Assembly: GCA_002315995.1 (NCBI GenBank)
Contig: DCHN01000072.1
Location: forward strand, 1 to 47,871
From: Bacteroidales bacterium UBA1751
GTDB lineage: Bacteria > Bacteroidota > Bacteroidia > Bacteroidales > UBA932
DNA length: 47,871 bases
Reading direction: 5' to 3'
A program made the position numbers and the translations under genes. Position 1 is the first letter of the stretch, and every line of letters starts with the position of its first letter. This document shows positions 43,913 through 47,871 of this stretch, piece after piece. The notes below the pieces were generated by a model, which saw only the letters and a program-made list of their open reading frames with translations, was not told where the DNA came from and searched no databases.

Positions 43913-45780
43913 GTTCTGATATTGGCAGATACAAAAAAAGCGTTCTTATTACCGGAGTTGCAGTTGCTGGTCTGATTCTGGCAATAAAGATGTTCACCCT
44001 GCAGGTGCTCGATACGGAATATAAGATTTCTGCCGAGAACAATGCATACAAGTACTCCATGCTCTACCCTGTAAGGGGAGCCATATTCGACAGGAACGGC
44101 ATTCTGCTTGTGGGAAACAAGAATGAATATGACCTTATGGTCACACCTATGGATGTCACTGAATTTGACACCCTTGACCTGTGCAGAATCTTTGATCTGG
44201 ACATTGAAAACGTAAAGGAAAAGTTTGAACGCTTCAGGAAAGAGAGAAAGAAAATAGGCTTCCAAACGGTTCCATTCCTAAACCATATAACCCCTGAACA
44301 ATACGGGCTCTACATTGAACAGGAGTACAGATTTCCAGGATTCAATATAGTTTCAAAAACCGCAAGAGAGTATCTCTTCAACACTGGAGCAAACTTGTGG
44401 GGTTATGTGAACGAGACCAGTCCTGAGTTCCTCAAAAAGAATCCGGAGTACCAGATGGGTGACTATGTGGGTGCTACCGGCATTGAAAAAGCATATGAAA
44501 AATACCTGCGCGGAGAGAAAGGCTACAACATCTACCTCAGGGATGTACATAACAGGGTGCGCGCTCCGCTTGCAGATGGAGCCTGGGACAAGGATGCAGT
44601 TCCAGGAGCCAATCTTGTAACCACAATTGATGGCTACCTTCAGCAATATGGAGAACTTCTTATGCACAACAAGGTTGGAAGCGCCATTGCTATAGAGCCT
44701 TCAACAGGTGAGGTGCTGGCAATTGTCTCAAGCCCTGGCATAGACATTGACAAACTTGCAAACATTGGGAAGTACTACAACGAAATCATAAAGGATCCTT
44801 ACAAGCCAATGTTCAACAGAGCGGTGATGAGCGCCTATCCACCCGGGTCGGTGTTCAAAATTGTAACCGGTCTGGTTGCGTTGCAAGATGGTGTCATTAC
44901 GCCGGAGACCAGGTTCCCTTGCCACATGGGTTACTCCATATCCTCCACACAGAAGCTTGGATGTCACGCACATCCTTCGCCGCTTGACTTTTCAAGTGCA
45001 ATAATGATGTCATGCAATGCCTATTTCTGCTATGCTCTCAAGGCAATTCTTGAGAACAAGAACTATAACAGGGAGATATACCGCAACTTTGACCATTGGC
45101 GTGAAATGGTGGAGAGTTTCGGATTCGGACACTCACTTGGCACTGATATTCCAAATGAGCTGGGAGGCAATCTTCCAACCAGCAGAACCTACGACAAGAT
45201 ACACGGCAAGAACAAATGGAGAGCCAATTCCATTATTTCAATTGCTATTGGGCAGGGTGAAATTGGAGCAACTCCTATGCATCTTGCAAATCTGGCAGCT
45301 ACAATTGCCAATGGAGGATATTACTACACACCACACCTTATCAAATATATAAAAGATGGGGAGGGTGAGCGTCCTTTGGATAACAGCAGGTTCGGCGTAC
45401 GCCACTACACCAAGGTGGAGCAGAGGTGGTTTCCATACATTGTTGATGGAATGTACAGGGCCGTTAATTCCCTTCCTGGCGAGGGAGGAACCGCCAGGGC
45501 CGCCGCTGTACCGGGACTTGAAATCTGCGGAAAAACCGGAACGGCACAGAACCCTCATGGGAAGGACAATTCGGTGTTCATCTGCTTTGCGCCGCGCGAA
45601 AACCCTAAGATTGCCGTTGCAGTATATATTGAGAATGCCGGATTCGGCGGAACATGGGCTGCTCCGCTCGCCTCTCTTATGGTTGAAAAATATCTTACAG
45701 GACAAATATCCCGTCCTGAGTTGGAAAGCCATATTCTGGAGGCCAATCTCATTGAAAACGTACCAGTAAAGAGGAGATGA
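43909..45780 (+). CDS. mrdA: Penicillin-binding protein 2 (elongasome transpeptidase)
   Basis: N-terminal TM anchor. SxxK (GSVFK), SxN (SCN) and KTG (CGKTGTAQ) motifs. Synteny mreD-mrdA-rodA. Confidence 0.93.
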   Translation: MSSDIGRYKKSVLITGVAVAGLILAIKMFTLQVLDTEYKISAENNAYKYSMLYPVRGAIFDRNGILLVGNKNEYDLMVTPMDVTEFDTLDLCRIFDLDIENVKEKFERFRKERKKIGFQTVPFLNHITPEQYGLYIEQEYRFPGFNIVSKTAREYLFNTGANLWGYVNETSPEFLKKNPEYQMGDYVGATGIEKAYEKYLRGEKGYNIYLRDVHNRVRAPLADGAWDKDAVPGANLVTTIDGYLQQYGELLMHNKVGSAIAIEPSTGEVLAIVSSPGIDIDKLANIGKYYNEIIKDPYKPMFNRAVMSAYPPGSVFKIVTGLVALQDGVITPETRFPCHMGYSISSTQKLGCHAHPSPLDFSSAIMMSCNAYFCYALKAILENKNYNREIYRNFDHWREMVESFGFGHSLGTDIPNELGGNLPTSRTYDKIHGKNKWRANSIISIAIGQGEIGATPMHLANLAATIANGGYYYTPHLIKYIKDGEGERPLDNSRFGVRHYTKVEQRWFPYIVDGMYRAVNSLPGEGGTARAAAVPGLEICGKTGTAQNPHGKDNSVFICFAPRENPKIAVAVYIENAGFGGTWAAPLASLMVEKYLTGQISRPELESHILEANLIENVPVKRR

Positions 45781-45781
45781 T

Positions 45782-47371
45782 ATGACAGAATATTACCATA
45801 AGAAAAGAGAGTATCCAGATTGGCTGATGCTGGTATGCTACCTTGTGCTTGTCCTCTTTGGCTGGATGAATATATACTCTTCCACAATTGAGCCTGAGCA
45901 TCTCTCAATGTTTGACATTACTCAGAAATATGGAATGCAGATCATATGGATAGGCATCTCCATTATTGTTGGTATTGTTGTACTCTACTTTATAGATTCA
46001 TCTGTATACGAGCCTTTGGCTCCGCTTCTCTATTTTCTGGTATTTCTGTTGCTTGTGGCGGTGATCTTTATGGGAAAGGAGGTGAATGGCTCAAACTCCT
46101 GGTTTGAAATAGGGCCAGTGAAGTTCCAACCTGCAGAGATATCTAAGATAAGCACCTCCCTGCTGCTGGCATACATAATGAGCAAATTCAACTTCAGCCT
46201 GCACTCCCTTGGAGGCTCTCTGGTTGTTGCCGCAATTATTATGGTTCCAATGCTGGCCATAATAATGGAGAAGGAGACGGGCTCGGCGCTTGTATATCTG
46301 GGATTCACCTTCATGCTCTACCGTGAAGGATTGAGCGGATGGTTCATCACATTTGGAGGAGAAATCATTCTTATGTTCATCTTGACCATTGTCACCTCTC
46401 CATTAACGGCATTAATATGCACACTGGGACTTCATCTGCTGGTTCTGCTGCTTGTTTCAAGAAGCATCTTCCCTGCACTGGCAGCATCAATCCTTCTATG
46501 CATTGCTCTCTTATTCACAAATGATTTTTGCCAAATGGCAAACGAAGCATTTCTGAATGTACCGGATGCATTAACCTATGAAAATGGTGTTACATCCATT
46601 GCAAGCACATCTTCAGCCAGTGTAAGTGCCACTTCGTCTGTTGCCTCTGCTGCAAACGGACTTGGAATATCAGCTGAGGGAAATGACACTGCTCACGAAG
46701 AGAAGTTGCTTGAGTTGATATCACCGGCCCTCGCTTCCGTTATTTTAGCCATACCGTTCATTATTTGGCTGTATGTAAGTTGTATAAGAAGAAAGCTTTT
46801 ATATATTAGATACCTCACCATTTCACTCGTTGCAACTTCTGTTCTGATTTTTTCAGCCGATTTCGTATTCAATTCAGTGCTTCAGCCTCACCAGAAGGCT
46901 AGAATAGAGAATCTTCTGGGAATAACTGAAGATCTTCATGGTGTAGGATACAATGTATTCCAGTCAAAAATTGCCATTGGGTCCGGCGGATGGGTTGGAA
47001 AAGGATTCCTTAATGGTACGCAGACAAAGTATAACTTCGTGCCTGAACAGAGCACCGATTTTATTTTCTGTACGGTTGGCGAAGAGTGGGGATTCTTTGG
47101 CTCAGTTGCACTTCTTATGGTATATCTTACACTAATTGTTAGAATAGTGGTACTGGCTGAGAAACAGAAGAAAAAATTCAGCAGGATATACGGCTACTGT
47201 ATTGCGTGCTGCTTCTTCATGCATGTGTTCATAAATATGGGAATGACAATGGGAATTCTTCCGGTAATTGGAATCCCTCTTCCATTTATGAGTTACGGAG
47301 GGTCATCACTACTTGCATTCACGGTAATGCTGGCAATATTCATGCGCCTTGATATGGAGGACAACAAATAA
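45782..47371 (+). CDS. rodA: SEDS-family peptidoglycan polymerase RodA, with a Ser/Ala-rich low-complexity loop
   Basis: Conserved SEDS region IAIGSGGWVGKGFLNGTQTKYNFVPEQSTDFIFCTVGEEWGF and C-terminal GIPLPFMSYGGSS. At 529 aa it is longer than typical RodA, with an extra low-complexity loop encoded at ~46514-46729. Confidence 0.92.
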   Translation: MTEYYHKKREYPDWLMLVCYLVLVLFGWMNIYSSTIEPEHLSMFDITQKYGMQIIWIGISIIVGIVVLYFIDSSVYEPLAPLLYFLVFLLLVAVIFMGKEVNGSNSWFEIGPVKFQPAEISKISTSLLLAYIMSKFNFSLHSLGGSLVVAAIIMVPMLAIIMEKETGSALVYLGFTFMLYREGLSGWFITFGGEIILMFILTIVTSPLTALICTLGLHLLVLLLVSRSIFPALAASILLCIALLFTNDFCQMANEAFLNVPDALTYENGVTSIASTSSASVSATSSVASAANGLGISAEGNDTAHEEKLLELISPALASVILAIPFIIWLYVSCIRRKLLYIRYLTISLVATSVLIFSADFVFNSVLQPHQKARIENLLGITEDLHGVGYNVFQSKIAIGSGGWVGKGFLNGTQTKYNFVPEQSTDFIFCTVGEEWGFFGSVALLMVYLTLIVRIVVLAEKQKKKFSRIYGYCIACCFFMHVFINMGMTMGILPVIGIPLPFMSYGGSSLLAFTVMLAIFMRLDMEDNK

Positions 47372-47394
47372 CGGAAACATCCAACCATGCGACA

Positions 47395-47427
47395 CAAAAA
47401 ATAGGTCTCGAATGAGACCTATTTTTG
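47395..47427. terminator. Bidirectional rho-independent terminator between rodA (+) and acpP (-)
   Basis: AAAAAATAGGTCTC-GAAT-GAGACCTATTTTT. Perfect 9-10 bp stem with A/T tracts on both sides. Confidence 0.8.
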
Positions 47428-47449
47428 ATATCTGAAAGTGTGTATTGTC

Positions 47450-47686
47450 TTATTTATTGAGAGACTCAATATATGAGATAGCATCACCAACAGTGGAAAT
47501 CTTCTCTGCTGCATCATCAGGAATCTGAATGTCAAAAGCCTTCTCAAATTCCATAATCAACTCAACAGTGTCAAGAGAATCTGCACCGAGATCCTTTGTG
47601 AAGCTAGCCTCAGGGGTAACCTCTGCTGCGTCAACGCCTAACTTGTCAACGATGATTTCCTTTACCTTTGAAGTAATGTCTGCCAT
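47450..47686 (-). CDS. acpP: Acyl carrier protein
   Basis: 78 aa. The phosphopantetheine attachment motif [16 protein letters not shown] is present. Confidence 0.96.
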   Translation of the reverse strand: MADITSKVKEIIVDKLGVDAAEVTPEASFTKDLGADSLDTVELIMEFEKAFDIQIPDDAAEKISTVGDAISYIESLNK

Positions 47687-47768
47687 AGTTTCAAATATTA
47701 ATAATTATTTAAGTAAATTTATTATCACTTTATAACGGCACTTCTCCGAACCATGCCATTTGTATAGA

Positions 47769-47776
47769 CAAAGATA
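47769..47776 (-). promoter_or_regulatory. -7 promoter box TATCTTTG for acpP
   Basis: The minus strand reads TTATATCTTTGTCTA, ~83 nt upstream of the acpP ATG. Confidence 0.45.
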
Positions 47777-47835
47777 TAAAAAAATATTTCAATAAAAAAA
47801 TCAGAAAAATATTTTGGCAATCAAAAAAAAGTTAA

Positions 47836-47843
47836 TACATTTG
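47836..47843 (+). promoter_or_regulatory. -7 promoter box TACATTTG upstream of the truncated tRNA
   Basis: Perfect TAnnTTTG, 14 nt before the putative tRNA 5' end. Confidence 0.4.
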
Positions 47844-47857
47844 CAGTCCCAAACAAC

Positions 47858-47871
47858 GCGGAAATAGCTCA
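47858..47871 (+). tRNA. Probable 5' end of a tRNA gene, truncated by the window edge; isotype unknown
   Basis: GCGGAAA-TA-GCTCA matches a 7-nt acceptor arm, then U8-A9, then the canonical D-arm start GCUCA(G). It is preceded by a consensus promoter box. Only 14 nt are visible. Confidence 0.45.

Noticed and set aside
43786-45732. Long antisense ORFs within mreD/mrdA (43786-44265, 159 aa; 45238-45732, 164 aa) and plus-strand alternative-frame ORFs in mrdA (45017-45352, 45356-45769)
   Set aside because: They lie inside a PBP2 gene with intact SxxK/SxN/KTG motifs. They have no start signals and no recognisable domains.
1-47871. Search for CRISPR arrays, prophage or integrase genes, toxin-antitoxin pairs, restriction-modification or other defence modules, rRNA genes and invertible-promoter-style long inverted repeats
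   Set aside because: I saw no regularly spaced direct repeats, no integrase, recombinase or phage structural motifs, and no unexplained multi-gene block. Every intergenic region over 100 nt is accounted for by promoters, terminators, the REP-like block or the metK leader. This was done by eye, so short or degenerate elements could have been missed.

Overview
This is a chromosomal segment from a Bacteroidota genome, most likely order Bacteroidales. Three things support that: a perfect TAnnTTTG '-7' promoter box sits upstream of almost every transcription unit, start codons lack Shine-Dalgarno sequences, and the gene content fits (Oar-like TonB-dependent receptor, DUF4294-like protein, zinc-free L36, long-form S14).

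The window is mostly housekeeping:
- **1-2.1 kb:** the 3' part of a GSCFA-family gene, a block of REP-like palindromes, and a single IS200/RAYT-like HUH-Y1 transposase homolog.
- **2.1-12.8 kb, minus strand:** the large ribosomal protein cluster rplP-rpmC-rpsQ-rplN-rplX-rplE-rpsN-rpsH-rplF-rplR-rpsE-rpmD-rplO-secY-map-infA-rpmJ-rpsM-rpsK-rpsD-rpoA-rplQ. It starts abruptly at rplP. The expected upstream genes rpsJ to rpsC are absent and are replaced by a terminator, a promoter and unrelated genes.
- **13-20.4 kb:** peptide and amino-acid scavenging and outer-membrane genes: M19 dipeptidase, GltS-type symporter, DUF4294-like protein, a small beta-barrel protein and an ~1,095-aa Oar-like TonB-dependent receptor.
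- **20.8-29.6 kb:** metK with a long structured leader, a same-strand string of C69 dipeptidase / secreted protein / PHP phosphoesterase / cdaA, two tandem NSS (SNF-family) transporters, and comF.
- **29.6-47.9 kb:** mutS2, a lipoprotein, bactofilin, prmC-ddl-class A PBP, topA, an Lrp/AsnC regulator, ispD, the complete elongasome operon mreBCD-mrdA-rodA, acpP, and the first 14 nt of a tRNA at the window edge.

I found no CRISPR array, prophage, toxin-antitoxin pair or recognisable defence island, and I cannot support a claim of a clearly novel multi-gene system. The best leads are:
- the broken rpsC|rplP junction;
- the RAYT-like gene with adjacent REP-like hairpins;
- the unclassified structured metK leader;
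- the PHP phosphoesterase directly upstream of the c-di-AMP synthase gene;
- a bactofilin at the end of a PBP1A-ddl-prmC gene string.

All functional calls come from reading the translated ORFs for motifs. No database search was run.
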